This document shows, piece after piece, positions 1 to 9,236 of a stretch of 64,000 nucleotides of DNA; the first letter of the stretch is position 1; every line of letters begins with the position of its first letter. The DNA is taken from NCBI GenBank assembly GCA_003599425.1, contig QZKC01000068.1, forward strand, positions 11,667 through 75,666, in the 5' to 3' direction. The position numbers were made by a program, and so were the translations under genes. The notes beneath the pieces are model-generated. The model searched no databases, was not told the origin of the DNA, and was given only the letters and a program-made list of their open reading frames with translations. This stretch comes from Nitrospiraceae bacterium (GTDB lineage: Bacteria; Nitrospirota; Thermodesulfovibrionia; UBA6902).

Positions 1-1841
1 GTCATTTTTGCTTTTCCCTGGGCATTCTCTGCAAGCCATGAGCATAACTGTACAAACGGCTTCCCTTCGGGCCTAAGCTTTTCTGCTATTTTCAGCAGGA
101 AGTCCGTCCTTGATGCATCAAGCATCCATTGTCCCACTTCCCCCCAGAGTTCTGTGAACCTGATCTCTCCCTCTGCGCCAGTCTCTTTCCTGGCGCTCTG
201 TTCAGTAAGGATCTCCTCAAGTTCTTTAAAAGCTTCTTTTGGCGGCTGATTCCCATACACAAGTTCCTTGAGAAGAGCAACAGATTCCTTTATCCTTCCT
301 TCCTGCCGGTAAAGCTTTGAAAGGACCAGAAGCGCCTCGTCATAGAGTGAAGAATCAATATATTTCTTTCTCACGTCTTCAAGGGTCGCGATCGATTCCT
401 TGAGCTTCCCCTGTTTCAAATAAGCAAGGGAAACATTAAAGAGCGCATTCACTTTTACCTTTAGATTTCTTGTGAAAACGATCGACTGGAAATATTCAAC
501 TGCCTGCGCAAAGTTAGCTTCTTCCATTTCAATAAGTCCGAGACTGAGCCGTGCCTGGTCCCTGAAAGGTCCGCTTTCGATCGCCTGAAGAAGTTTCCTC
601 GCATCATTCGGCTTTCCAGTCATGCGCAGGTTTTCCGCCAGATAAAAATAAGTCTCAGGCGACCTTTCGGGATATGTACTGTCTGCTATCATCGCATTCG
701 CGTATACCTTGCGGGCCTCTTCGACCTTTTCAAGCTTCTGTAACGCGTTAGCCATATTAAAAAGGACCTCAGGGCTCCGCCCTGCTTTTTCATAATATTC
801 CACTGATTCGGCAAAAGACCCTGTCTCGGATAAACTGTTTGCCAGGCCGAGGTGGGCCTTCTGAATATATTTTGATGAAGGAAAATCTCTGATGAAGATC
901 AGATAGTTCAACTTAGCTTCATAGTAAAACCCGAGTTTCGAATATACTTCTGCTCTTCTGAAAAAAGAAACTTCCTTGATCTTTTCATCAGATGCATGCA
1001 CATATGCAAGCCTTAGCTGTTCTATGGCCCCGAGATAGTTTCCTGCAGCAAATAAGGCATCCCCGTAAAGGAGGTGATAGGGGGCAAGATAAGCCGCATC
1101 AGAGGGCCTCGAGGATGACAGTTGTGCTATTGCTCTGAAAGGGTTATTCTCTTTTTTCATCACCTCCCACGCTTTCTTTAACGTGTCCGGCAATAACACG
1201 CCGTCCTCGCTCCATTGCTGCTCAGGATTTGATGTGTTGTTGTCATCAGGATGTTTTTCATGATCTGTATTTTCTTTTTGCCGTATGGTTGAGGCTTCGG
1301 CTGACGAGGGACCCAAAAAGGAAACCGGCTCACTATATTTATTCCGCTTCTTTGTTTCATCATTCAGATTGGCATCTTTTGTCCTGACAGTCGTTTTCTC
1401 GTCGTCTCTATTTACCGTTCTGGTTTTATCCTTGTTGGAAGCACTGTTATCTTTTTTCTCTTTCGTGTTTTGAGTTTTTTTGTGTATATCGATTACAAGC
1501 CTGCTCGGCTCATCAAGAGAGAAGACTTTTATGTCGCCGGGATTTTTCAGTTTAATTATGACAGTGTCATTATTTTTCTGATACGGGAGCTTCATTTTCC
1601 CCGGTTCAATTGTGAAATCTGTTTCAGAGAATTTAACGTTTATTTCTTCGTTGCCCTGTTCTACTTTTCCTGAACCTATCAGAACTTCTGGGCCTTCCAG
1701 TACAATCCTCAGGAATTTACCATGATCAAATGCCCTTATCTTCATAAGGGACTCGCCATTATTCAATGATGATGCATTTGAAATTTCCGGAGAGTAAGTG
1801 AGCAGTAACAGGCATGATAGAATTACATACAGAACATTCAT
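1..1841 (-). CDS. Secreted AMIN-domain / TPR-repeat protein (partial; C-terminus beyond window start)
   Basis: Manual minus-strand translation from ATG at 1841..1839 reads without stops to position 1. N-terminal signal peptide MNVLYVILSCLLLLTYSPEISNAS. AMIN-like domain (KIRAFDHGKFLRIVLEG...PSRLVIDIHK). Long K/E/T/N-rich low-complexity linker. Multiple TPR-like repeats in the C-terminal half (AYLAPYHLLYGDALFAAGNYLGAIEQLRLA...). Absent from the ORF track because no stop codon falls inside the window. Confidence 0.7.
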   Translation of the reverse strand, partial: MNVLYVILSCLLLLTYSPEISNASSLNNGESLMKIRAFDHGKFLRIVLEGPEVLIGSGKVEQGNEEINVKFSETDFTIEPGKMKLPYQKNNDTVIIKLKNPGDIKVFSLDEPSRLVIDIHKKTQNTKEKKDNSASNKDKTRTVNRDDEKTTVRTKDANLNDETKKRNKYSEPVSFLGPSSAEASTIRQKENTDHEKHPDDNNTSNPEQQWSEDGVLLPDTLKKAWEVMKKENNPFRAIAQLSSSRPSDAAYLAPYHLLYGDALFAAGNYLGAIEQLRLAYVHASDEKIKEVSFFRRAEVYSKLGFYYEAKLNYLIFIRDFPSSKYIQKAHLGLANSLSETGSFAESVEYYEKAGRSPEVLFNMANALQKLEKVEEARKVYANAMIADSTYPERSPETYFYLAENLRMTGKPNDARKLLQAIESGPFRDQARLSLGLIEMEEANFAQAVEYFQSIVFTRNLKVKVNALFNVSLAYLKQGKLKESIATLEDVRKKYIDSSLYDEALLVLSKLYRQEGRIKESVALLKELVYGNQPPKEAFKELEEILTEQSARKETGAEGEIRFTELWGEVGQWMLDASRTDFLLKIAEKLRPEGKPFVQLCSWLAENAQGKAKM

Positions 1842-2055
1842 GACGGGATATTCCGCAATAAATATGCCAATCTTAACTATTGATATTTAAAAGAAATTAG
1901 ATTTGGCAAGAAGTCATAAAAATGACACCACTGGAAAATATGCCTGAAATGAAAAACAGTCTTGTCAAATCAGGTCGGGCAATGGCAAAACGGGGTTGTC
2001 ACAGAACATAAATTGTGATAAAAGATAGACAGACAATAAACAGGAGGTACACATT

Positions 2056-2676
2056 ATGTCAAATGCTTGTGTATGTTTGGGATGCAATGTTGGCGCAACA
2101 GTTCCTGATTTTAAACTGGAGACTTACGAACCGTCAAAAGGAGATTTCGGAGAAGTGAGCCTCGAAACACTCAGAAAAAACAAAAAATGGACAATACTGT
2201 TCTTTTACCCGGCTGATTTTACCTTTGTCTGAGCTACCGAATTCGCTGCTCTGGCAGAGCAGTATGACAGATTCAAAAAAACGGGTGCCGAAGTCATTAC
2301 AGTAAGCACGGACACTAAGTTCGTTCATCTTGCCTGGCAGAGGGAGGAAAAACAGCTTGAAAAAGTAAAATTCCCTATGGGGTCTGACACAACAGGAAAT
2401 CTTTCACGGACATTCGGGGTGTATGATGAAGCGACAGGACTTGCATTAAGAGGCACTTTTATTATTAGTCCCGAGGGCAAACTGATGAACTCGGAAGTCA
2501 ATTATTATAATCTCGGCAGGAATATTGATGAGCTTATGAGAAAGTTCAAGGCCAACCTCCATCTCGCGAAATATAGTGCCGAGGGATGCCCCGCCAAATG
2601 GAAAGAAGAAGGAGACAAGACTTTGAAACCTTCTGCAAAACTGGTGGGCCGGGTGCATGAGGCTTTGAGCAAATAA
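2056..2676 (+). CDS. Selenocysteine-containing typical 2-Cys peroxiredoxin (AhpC/Prx family); in-frame TGA at 2230..2232 read as Sec
   Basis: AGGAGG at 2041-2046, ATG at 2056. Translation gives ...WTILFFYPADFTFV-TGA-ATEFAALAEQY..., the canonical Prx peroxidatic motif FTFVCPTE with TGA in place of the Cys codon. The frame continues into the track ORF 2377..2676 and ends with the resolving-Cys motif AEGCPAKW. A stem-loop lies 13-30 nt downstream of the TGA. Confidence 0.8.
2239..2274 (+). other. SECIS-like stem-loop downstream of the in-frame UGA of the peroxiredoxin
   Basis: Lower stem GAAU(2239-2242)/AUUC(2271-2274). Upper stem GCUGCUC(2245-2251)/GAGCAGU(2257-2263). Apical loop UGGCA has a G in its second position, about 20 nt from the UGA. 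Confidence 0.5.
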
Positions 2677-2736
2677 GTCCGGTACTCACCATAGAAAAGG
2701 CTATTGGAGAAGATTGTATTTAAAATTATTTTGCTT

Positions 2737-3636
2737 TTATAAAACAGGGTAATGATTATCTGACGGCCATATGAGGTTGACCGCATCCTTCACTACATCA
2801 ACCTTCACTGGTAACGTCCCCAAATAATCACCGTCGACCTGGACATGTACTGTGCCGCTGGAAGAGACATCAAGCGCTGTGGTCTTAAAATATACTACGT
2901 CGGAAAAATGCAGGTGTCTTTCTCTGATCACACCCAGAATAAAACGCAGAAGGTCCTTCCTGGTCCTGCCACTATAGACGCAAACATCAAGCAAAGGTTC
3001 TGTGATAGATGCATCAGGAGTAACTGAAAAATATCCTCCGTAGTTGCTGTTGTTGCCGATGACAACGGTATAACCTGAGAATTCTTTTTCAGAGGATTTG
3101 ATCCTGATGAGAGGAGGATCATACGAACTGAGCACTCTGAGGCCTGCTGTGACGTGCGCAGCCTTGCCTGATATCTTTTTGACCAAATTATTTTTCACCC
3201 TCAGTACTGTTTCTGCATCAAAGCCTATCCCCGCCATTGACGCAAAGCACCAGCCGTTGATTCGTCCGAGAGATATTTTCCGCGGTGTGCCTGTCAGTGC
3301 AAGCTCAACGGCTTTATCGACTCTTTCAGGTATCCTTAGTTCTTTTGCGAGGACATTCGTTGTGCCGAGTGGTATAAACGCAAGAGGGACATCGTGCCTG
3401 CTTCCCCCTGATGAAGAGTGTAATCCGTTTATTACTTCATTGAATGTGCCGTCGCCACCCGCAACGATGATGAGGTCACTGCCGGAAAGGTCTTTTGCAA
3501 ACTGGAACGCGTCTCCTTTTTTCTGAGTGATGAACGTCGTGAGGGAAGCTTTTTTCCTGATCAGCGTCTCGATGTGGTATATCGACCTGTACGCCTTATT
3601 CCCGGCTGCCGGATTTACGATGAGACTTGCGTTCAA
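2737..3636 (-). CDS. Lipid kinase, diacylglycerol-kinase catalytic-domain family (YegS/BmrU-like)
   Basis: N-terminus MNASLIVNPAAG and GGDGT motif typical of the DAGK_cat fold. 299 aa. The start overlaps the 3' end of bioW by 41 nt. Confidence 0.75.
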   Translation of the reverse strand: MNASLIVNPAAGNKAYRSIYHIETLIRKKASLTTFITQKKGDAFQFAKDLSGSDLIIVAGGDGTFNEVINGLHSSSGGSRHDVPLAFIPLGTTNVLAKELRIPERVDKAVELALTGTPRKISLGRINGWCFASMAGIGFDAETVLRVKNNLVKKISGKAAHVTAGLRVLSSYDPPLIRIKSSEKEFSGYTVVIGNNSNYGGYFSVTPDASITEPLLDVCVYSGRTRKDLLRFILGVIRERHLHFSDVVYFKTTALDVSSSGTVHVQVDGDYLGTLPVKVDVVKDAVNLIWPSDNHYPVL

Positions 3637-4414
3637 GGATTTCCTTCAATGTCAGTATCCCTTCGCAGGGTTTGATTTTGTCTATAAGCACCGGTGTCAT
3701 CTGGAGATATTTGATGAGTTCTTTCACCTCACCGCCTGTTATGAAAAAGGTCCTCCCTCCATATGGTTCGCCCCTTCTCTTGATATGTGGAAGCCTTATA
3801 TATCCATATGCACGTGAAGCGATATATCCGGTAGTATAGTTCGGATCATCCGAGATGCATATCTCACCAAGGACCATGGGATATTTATGGACTTTGCTTG
3901 CAAGTATGAGGGCTTCCTTTACGGTACTGTTTCTGAGCCCGGCCTTTGCAAGCTGTTTTGAAAGTATCGCGTCAGCGTTAGGCGTTATTCCCATGCGTGT
4001 GACCCGGACGCCGCGGAGAAGGTCCGGTTCAAGTCTCACCCCTTCGATATCCATCAGCATGGCGCCCCTCATGGTAATGCCCATGGTCAGGGAATGGAGC
4101 GCCTCCTCGATCGCTCTTTCAGTTATCCCGATTGATGAAAGGATCTTAAACGCAGCTTTCCTGACCGCCTCAGGTTTTTTCGTGTTCAGGGTGCACAAAG
4201 GCAGGGATGAAATCTTTCGGGGTGTTTCCTTCAGCTCTTCGATAGTTAAACGTATCTCATCTGCCCTGCCCTTTTCATGCATCAGGGCGCGCTCAGTATA
4301 TTCTTTAACGACCTCAACAATGCCGTCCTTATCGTATATGCCTTCAGCTCCGGATATGTGAGCATCCTTCCTGGATGAGCGCATCCTGACACTGTAATGC
4401 AAACGTTTCGACAT
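3596..4414 (-). CDS. bioW: 6-carboxyhexanoate--CoA ligase (pimeloyl-CoA synthetase) BioW
   Basis: YSVRMRSS, HISGAEGI, RGAMLMDI, GVRVTRMG, IKEALILASKV and CISDDPNYTTGYIASRAYGYIR all match B. subtilis BioW. The start overlaps the bioB stop. Confidence 0.85.
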   Translation of the reverse strand: MSKRLHYSVRMRSSRKDAHISGAEGIYDKDGIVEVVKEYTERALMHEKGRADEIRLTIEELKETPRKISSLPLCTLNTKKPEAVRKAAFKILSSIGITERAIEEALHSLTMGITMRGAMLMDIEGVRLEPDLLRGVRVTRMGITPNADAILSKQLAKAGLRNSTVKEALILASKVHKYPMVLGEICISDDPNYTTGYIASRAYGYIRLPHIKRRGEPYGGRTFFITGGEVKELIKYLQMTPVLIDKIKPCEGILTLKEILERKSHRKSGSRE

Positions 4415-5373
4415 CAGTATTCCATCTCCATGTCTCTTATCATTTGCAGGTCATCCTGTGGATTTCTTCCCTGTGTAGTCAGATAATTTCCGACAAGCAA
4501 TCCATCAGCTCCCGCAAAGAACACATAAGAATTAAGCTCTCTGAGTGTAGAAGGCCTCCCGCCACAAACTCTGATCTCACGGTCCGGAAGAATAAGCCTG
4601 TATAGTGCAATTATTTTCAGCGCTTCAAGAGGTCTCAGCGCTTCCCTGTTTGCCATAGGCGTCCCGGCTACAGGTGTGAAAAAATTGATCGGCACAGAGT
4701 CAACCCCGATATCCTTTAATGCAAAGGCCATGTCAATACGGTCCTCCCACGATTCACCAAGGCCGAATATCCCGCCGCTGCAGATGGAAAGCCCGAGAGA
4801 TTGCGCTGATTCGATAGTCCTTATTTTATCTCTGTAAGTATGCGTTGTACATATTTCACTGAAAAAAGCCTCTGAAGTCTCAAGATTATGGTGGTATCTG
4901 TGCAGCCCTGCATCCTTTAAACTCCTGAGATCGTCTCTTTCAAGCAGTCCAAGAGTGGCACATGGATACAGTCCAATATTTTCTATTTCTGTAATATAGT
5001 TACAGATTTTACTTAAATCATCACTTGAAGTTTTCTTCCCGCTTGTTACCGTGCAAAAACGGCGAACACCCAATTCTTTGGCAGATAATGCCGCCTCCAG
5101 GATTTTATCTTTTTCCATAAGGAGGTAGACACTTGCACTGGTTTTATTTCGTGCAGATTGGGCGCAGAAAGAACAATCTTCAGGGCAAGCGCCGGACTTC
5201 GCATTGATGATTGAACAAAGATCTATGTTATTACTCCGGAATTTTTCTCTTACCCTGTTTGCTGATGCAAAAAGATCAAAAGCTCCGGCGCCTGTTATCT
5301 GTGATAATTCGTAAGCAGTCTGTTTATCAATGCCACGTGTTATTTCATGCATAATATCTCCGGTAAAAAACAT
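4414..5373 (-). CDS. bioB: Biotin synthase BioB (radical SAM)
   Basis: Radical-SAM cluster motif CPEDCSFC in the context LCSIINAKSGACPEDCSFCAQS. 319 aa. Confidence 0.9.
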   Translation of the reverse strand: MFFTGDIMHEITRGIDKQTAYELSQITGAGAFDLFASANRVREKFRSNNIDLCSIINAKSGACPEDCSFCAQSARNKTSASVYLLMEKDKILEAALSAKELGVRRFCTVTSGKKTSSDDLSKICNYITEIENIGLYPCATLGLLERDDLRSLKDAGLHRYHHNLETSEAFFSEICTTHTYRDKIRTIESAQSLGLSICSGGIFGLGESWEDRIDMAFALKDIGVDSVPINFFTPVAGTPMANREALRPLEALKIIALYRLILPDREIRVCGGRPSTLRELNSYVFFAGADGLLVGNYLTTQGRNPQDDLQMIRDMEMEY

Positions 5374-5634
5374 GTGTTATTATCTACTCAATAAGTTTTG
5401 TTGTCAATAATTACCCCAAAATGATCTGAATCGCTATAGACACTATGCTTGAATGTCTTCTGAACAATGATATTAAGAACTGCAAGGCTTGCAAAGAGGT
5501 TGACACGTGCATATTTTTAACAAAAGCAGTCATTGTGTATAACAACAATCTCAAAGGCAAAGAAACTGAAAGTTAATCTCTTATCCTGGCATCGCTGTTT
5601 GTCTTCTCTGCCTATCTGCGATAATCTGCGATCA

Positions 5635-5654
5635 CCTGCCTGCCGGCAGGCAGG
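5635..5654. terminator. Perfect 20-nt GC-rich palindrome (hairpin) immediately downstream of the acylphosphatase gene
   Basis: CCTGCCTGCCGGCAGGCAGG is exactly self-complementary. It lies 27 nt beyond the acyP stop. Confidence 0.45.
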
Positions 5655-5680
5655 TCTGCGTCCAAATTTCTTCCTTAAAT

Positions 5681-5974
5681 TTAGTCATATCCATGCACAA
5701 CATCAAACCCGTTGAATTCCCCTTTGTATTCGCCCCACTCTTCCGTGACATTCTTGACGCGCGCCCCTCTCGGTCCGTAATTGCACCATTGAACAGCCTG
5801 TTTCACTTTGTTCAATGGCCCTTCAAAGACAGCCTCGACATCGCCATTCGGTAAATTTCTTACCCACCCCTTCAGTTCGAGGCTTAAGGCTTTATCACGA
5901 GTGCTCGCTCGGAAAAAAACACCCTGAACAAGACCCGAAATAATTACATGTGCTCTGCACATTTCCATGATCAA
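5681..5974 (-). CDS. acyP: Acylphosphatase
   Basis: VIISGLVQGVFFRASTRDKALSLELKGWVRNLPNGDVEAVFEG matches the acylphosphatase signature (VQGVFFR...GWV.N..DG.VE). Confidence 0.8.
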   Translation of the reverse strand: MIMEMCRAHVIISGLVQGVFFRASTRDKALSLELKGWVRNLPNGDVEAVFEGPLNKVKQAVQWCNYGPRGARVKNVTEEWGEYKGEFNGFDVVHGYD

Positions 5975-6084
5975 TTGAATTATATCCTATCTCTATGCCG
6001 GTTTGTAGAAAAATCCAGACTCCCCTTGCAAGCATTCCTGTTTACTGATAAAATTTACAAACAATTATCATTCAGGAGGAACAT

Positions 6085-7302
6085 GTGAAGACAACAGAGA
6101 TTAAACCGGGTATATTCTGGGTAGGCGCGATAGACTGGGCAGTAAGAGATTTCCATGGTTATATAACTCCAAAAGGAACGACATATAACAACTATCTTAT
6201 AATGGATGATCAGGTCACTCTTGTTGATACTGTAAAGCATGATTTTTCTCATATGACGGTAGAAAACATCTCGAGCCTCGTTGATCCTTCGAAGATCATC
6301 AATCTTGTGATAAACCATATTGAACCGGACCATGCAAGCAGCATTGACAAGATAATGTCTCTTGCTCCTGAAGCTACCATTTATATCACAGATAAGGGTA
6401 AAAAGGGACTCGACAGACATTTCGACACCTCTAAATGGAAGTTCAACATCGTAAAATCAGGCCACACTTTGAAAACCGGAAAATACACGCTCACATTTCT
6501 CGAAACGCCGATGCTTCACTGGCCTGACTCGATGATGACGTATGTAAACGAAGCAAAACTCCTCATTTCCCAGGATGCCTTTGGGCAGCATATTGCAACA
6601 TCTGCACGGTTCGACGAAGAGTTTATTGAGTGTGCATCTCATTCAGAGCTCGAAGATTCTGTAGTTGACTATTACGCAAATATACTCATGCCTTTTGGGG
6701 AGCTGATAAAAAATAAAATAGCTGAAGTGCAGAAACTCGGACTGAAAATAGACATGATCGCCCCAGACCACGGAGTGATCTGGAAAAAAGAAGCCGGGAA
6801 CATCATTCAGAAATATCTCGACCTTGCAAATGGCAAGTCGTCACTGAGCATTGCAATAATCTATGACACCATGTGGCACAGCACAGAGCTGATGACCATT
6901 CCCATCATGCAGGGGATCAAGGATGAAGGTATCGACTGCAAAGTAATCAAGCTGCGTGCAACGCCTATGAGCGTAGCCATAAAGGAATTCTGGAAATCAA
7001 GAGGCTGCCTGATCGGCAGTCCCACCCTGAACAATATACTCTTTCCCTCTGTTGCTGAATATCTGACCCATCTAAAAGGTCTTCGACCGAAGAACAGGAT
7101 GATAGGAGCATTCGGAAGCTATGGATGGGGAGGAGGCGCTGTTAGAGAAGCATATGAGGAATTCAAGAAGATGAAACTCGAGATATATGAGCCCGGGTTA
7201 CAGGTGCTTTACAAGCCTTCCCAGAAAGATAACGAAATGTGTTATGATTTTGGCAGGAATTTTGCCAAAAAGATTAAGGAATACCACACCAACTTCAATT
7301 AA
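6085..7302 (+). CDS. Flavodiiron protein (FprA / rubredoxin:oxygen oxidoreductase family)
   Basis: GTG start with AGGAGG at 6073-6078. N-terminus GIFWVGAIDWAVRDFHGYITPKGTTYNNYLI is the class-A FDP metallo-beta-lactamase-like signature. C-terminal flavodoxin-like part. 405 aa. Confidence 0.85.
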   Translation: MKTTEIKPGIFWVGAIDWAVRDFHGYITPKGTTYNNYLIMDDQVTLVDTVKHDFSHMTVENISSLVDPSKIINLVINHIEPDHASSIDKIMSLAPEATIYITDKGKKGLDRHFDTSKWKFNIVKSGHTLKTGKYTLTFLETPMLHWPDSMMTYVNEAKLLISQDAFGQHIATSARFDEEFIECASHSELEDSVVDYYANILMPFGELIKNKIAEVQKLGLKIDMIAPDHGVIWKKEAGNIIQKYLDLANGKSSLSIAIIYDTMWHSTELMTIPIMQGIKDEGIDCKVIKLRATPMSVAIKEFWKSRGCLIGSPTLNNILFPSVAEYLTHLKGLRPKNRMIGAFGSYGWGGGAVREAYEEFKKMKLEIYEPGLQVLYKPSQKDNEMCYDFGRNFAKKIKEYHTNFN

Positions 7303-7450
7303 ATTGAGAACATGCTGACTCCAGTAGTTATAGGGGAATTCCCGATTTTTAAATTCTAAAACATCCTTTATTATAGTCCTAACGTAATCTTGTTAAATCA
7401 ATTTTTCTGACAGCATAACTTGGTAAATAACTTATATATTACTTAAGTCT

Positions 7451-7657
7451 ATGAAAGAAATTGAAAAAAAGGTTCACGAAGTCCTGCACAACGTAAACTG
7501 GCTCCTTGAAGCGCACAATAGCTTTGCCGAATTAATTTCAATAAGAGGGAAAAAGGTAATTATTAAGTGTGTAGGTCACTGCGCCGATTGTGAATCTGAC
7601 TGTGTACGGGTCGCCTTCCGGGAACGAATGCCCGATATATATCTCGTCCTCCAGTAA
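7451..7657 (+). CDS. Small NifU-like (Nfu C-terminal-domain-like) protein
   Basis: 68 aa. VIIKCVGHCADCESDC cysteine motif in a NifU C-terminal-domain-like context. Confidence 0.55.
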   Translation: MKEIEKKVHEVLHNVNWLLEAHNSFAELISIRGKKVIIKCVGHCADCESDCVRVAFRERMPDIYLVLQ

Positions 7658-7669
7658 TATCATTCCGTT

Positions 7670-8323
7670 GTGTCTGTAAAAAGAAATGAGATCATAACGC
7701 TGCTTGAAAAAAAAGCATTTGATGAGTTGATCAAGCTTTCCGTAGCTGATAAAAAAACAATCAGCACGCTTATATCCCTTTCATATGATAAAGACGACCG
7801 TTTGTCCTGGCGGGCCATAGAAGTCATAGGTCTCGCCTCAAAGGAAATTTCCAAACATCATCCTGAGGCCGTGAGAAATATCGCGGGAAGGCTTCTTTGG
7901 ATGATGAGGGATGAATCCGGCGGAATAGCCTGGAGCGCTCCAGAGATACTTGGGGAGATAGTCAGGAACAATCCGGTACTATGCTCTGATTTTGCTCCTA
8001 TCATCGCTTCCTGCCACGATGAAAAAATGTTGTGTGCCGGGGTTCTCTGGGCTTTGGGAAGAATAGGATATATCAATGATGATACTCTCAATTATGCTGG
8101 ACCGATCGTGTGCTCCTATCTGCGGTCGCCAGATGAAAGGCTTCGGGGCTATGCTGCATGGGCTATTGGTGAAATGGGAGTTAATGAATCAGAGAATGAA
8201 CTGGCTGATCTGAAGCAGGACATGGGACTGATCAATTATTATGAAGATGGTGAATTACACAGGAAAACAGTGGGAGAAATTGCTTCCGCTGCTCTAATGA
8301 AAATCAGGAACAGGCAAAACTGA
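7670..8323 (+). CDS. HEAT-repeat protein
   Basis: GTG start. Repeated alpha-helical HEAT/PBS-lyase-like units (RAIEVIGLAS, LWALGRIGY, AAWAIGEMG). 217 aa. Confidence 0.55.
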   Translation: MSVKRNEIITLLEKKAFDELIKLSVADKKTISTLISLSYDKDDRLSWRAIEVIGLASKEISKHHPEAVRNIAGRLLWMMRDESGGIAWSAPEILGEIVRNNPVLCSDFAPIIASCHDEKMLCAGVLWALGRIGYINDDTLNYAGPIVCSYLRSPDERLRGYAAWAIGEMGVNESENELADLKQDMGLINYYEDGELHRKTVGEIASAALMKIRNRQN

Positions 8324-8349
8324 ATTCAGGAGTACGACGCACAATTAAT

Positions 8350-9012
8350 TTATAACGAGTTCAGTGCATAGAGCTTGTCCCCGCAGTGACCATCAGCCAG
8401 CAACATTTCATATGTTGAACATTCTCCCAATTGGCAGGCAAGTGCAAGATCCCTGCAGGATTTCTCGAACTCGTCGAGCATAAAATAAGCAAACCCTCTG
8501 TTGTCATAAGGTTTCGCAAGTTCCGGCTCTATTTCTATTGCAGTGCTGTAGTCAAGGATAGCACGTTCATATTCACCAATAGCAAAATATGCGAGGCCAC
8601 GGTTGTTATAAGCCTTTGCGTATCTCGGGTTGCGTGCGATTGCATGGCTGAACTCCTCAAGAGCGTGTTCATAATCATTCTTCTGAAAATGGGCATATCC
8701 AAGATTATTGTATGCCTTTGCGTATTCAGGATTGGAATATATGGCTCTCTTGTATTCAATAATAGCAATGTCATACTGTCCTTTTATAAAGTAAACATTC
8801 CCCTTATTGTTATGTGCCCTCGCATCATCAGGACTCATTCCAAGCGCTTTATCATACTCATTAATGGCAAGCTCATATTGTCCGTTATCAGCATACATGA
8901 CGCCGCGTTCCACAAGTTCAGATACTTTCTCATGGTCATTCAATGATGCACAACCAATACAAAGAAAAATATAGATAAGGACGATTAGATTCCTCACAAA
9001 ACAATACTCCAT
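8350..9012 (-). CDS. TPR-repeat lipoprotein
   Basis: Signal peptide with lipobox (LCIGCAS). Five or more consecutive 34-aa TPR units with a repeating A.AYNN.G.AYF core. Confidence 0.7.
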   Translation of the reverse strand: MEYCFVRNLIVLIYIFLCIGCASLNDHEKVSELVERGVMYADNGQYELAINEYDKALGMSPDDARAHNNKGNVYFIKGQYDIAIIEYKRAIYSNPEYAKAYNNLGYAHFQKNDYEHALEEFSHAIARNPRYAKAYNNRGLAYFAIGEYERAILDYSTAIEIEPELAKPYDNRGFAYFMLDEFEKSCRDLALACQLGECSTYEMLLADGHCGDKLYALNSL

Positions 9013-9236
9013 TCCTGTCTGTGAATTAAGATTATTATTAGAACTACCACAGAAATTGCAATTAATATACCAAAATATATTCCAATACTTAACTGTCTGA
9101 TTTATTGTTATTTTAATTTCTGGCTTTAATAAGAATTGAATTATTAGTGTTAATGTTTTTTACATAGTGTAATGAGGAGATTGATTGCTTAATTAATCAA
9201 CAAAGAAGTAGCGGCGAGAAGGGACCTGCTTTTAGT

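Noticed and set aside
3098-4361. Plus-strand ORFs of 142 and 168 aa antisense to the lipid kinase and bioW
   Set aside because: Shadow ORFs of strongly supported minus-strand genes. Low-complexity S/P/R-rich translations.
5374-5560. Possible BirA operator or riboswitch upstream of bioB (TTGACACGTGCATATTTTTAACAA)
   Set aside because: No convincing dyad symmetry or known riboswitch consensus could be identified by eye. Left as unassigned promoter region.
5533-5715. 60-aa ORF in the bioB-acyP intergenic region
   Set aside because: It overlaps the acyP 3' end and the terminator palindrome. It has no RBS, and its Cys/Arg-rich composition is driven by the palindrome.
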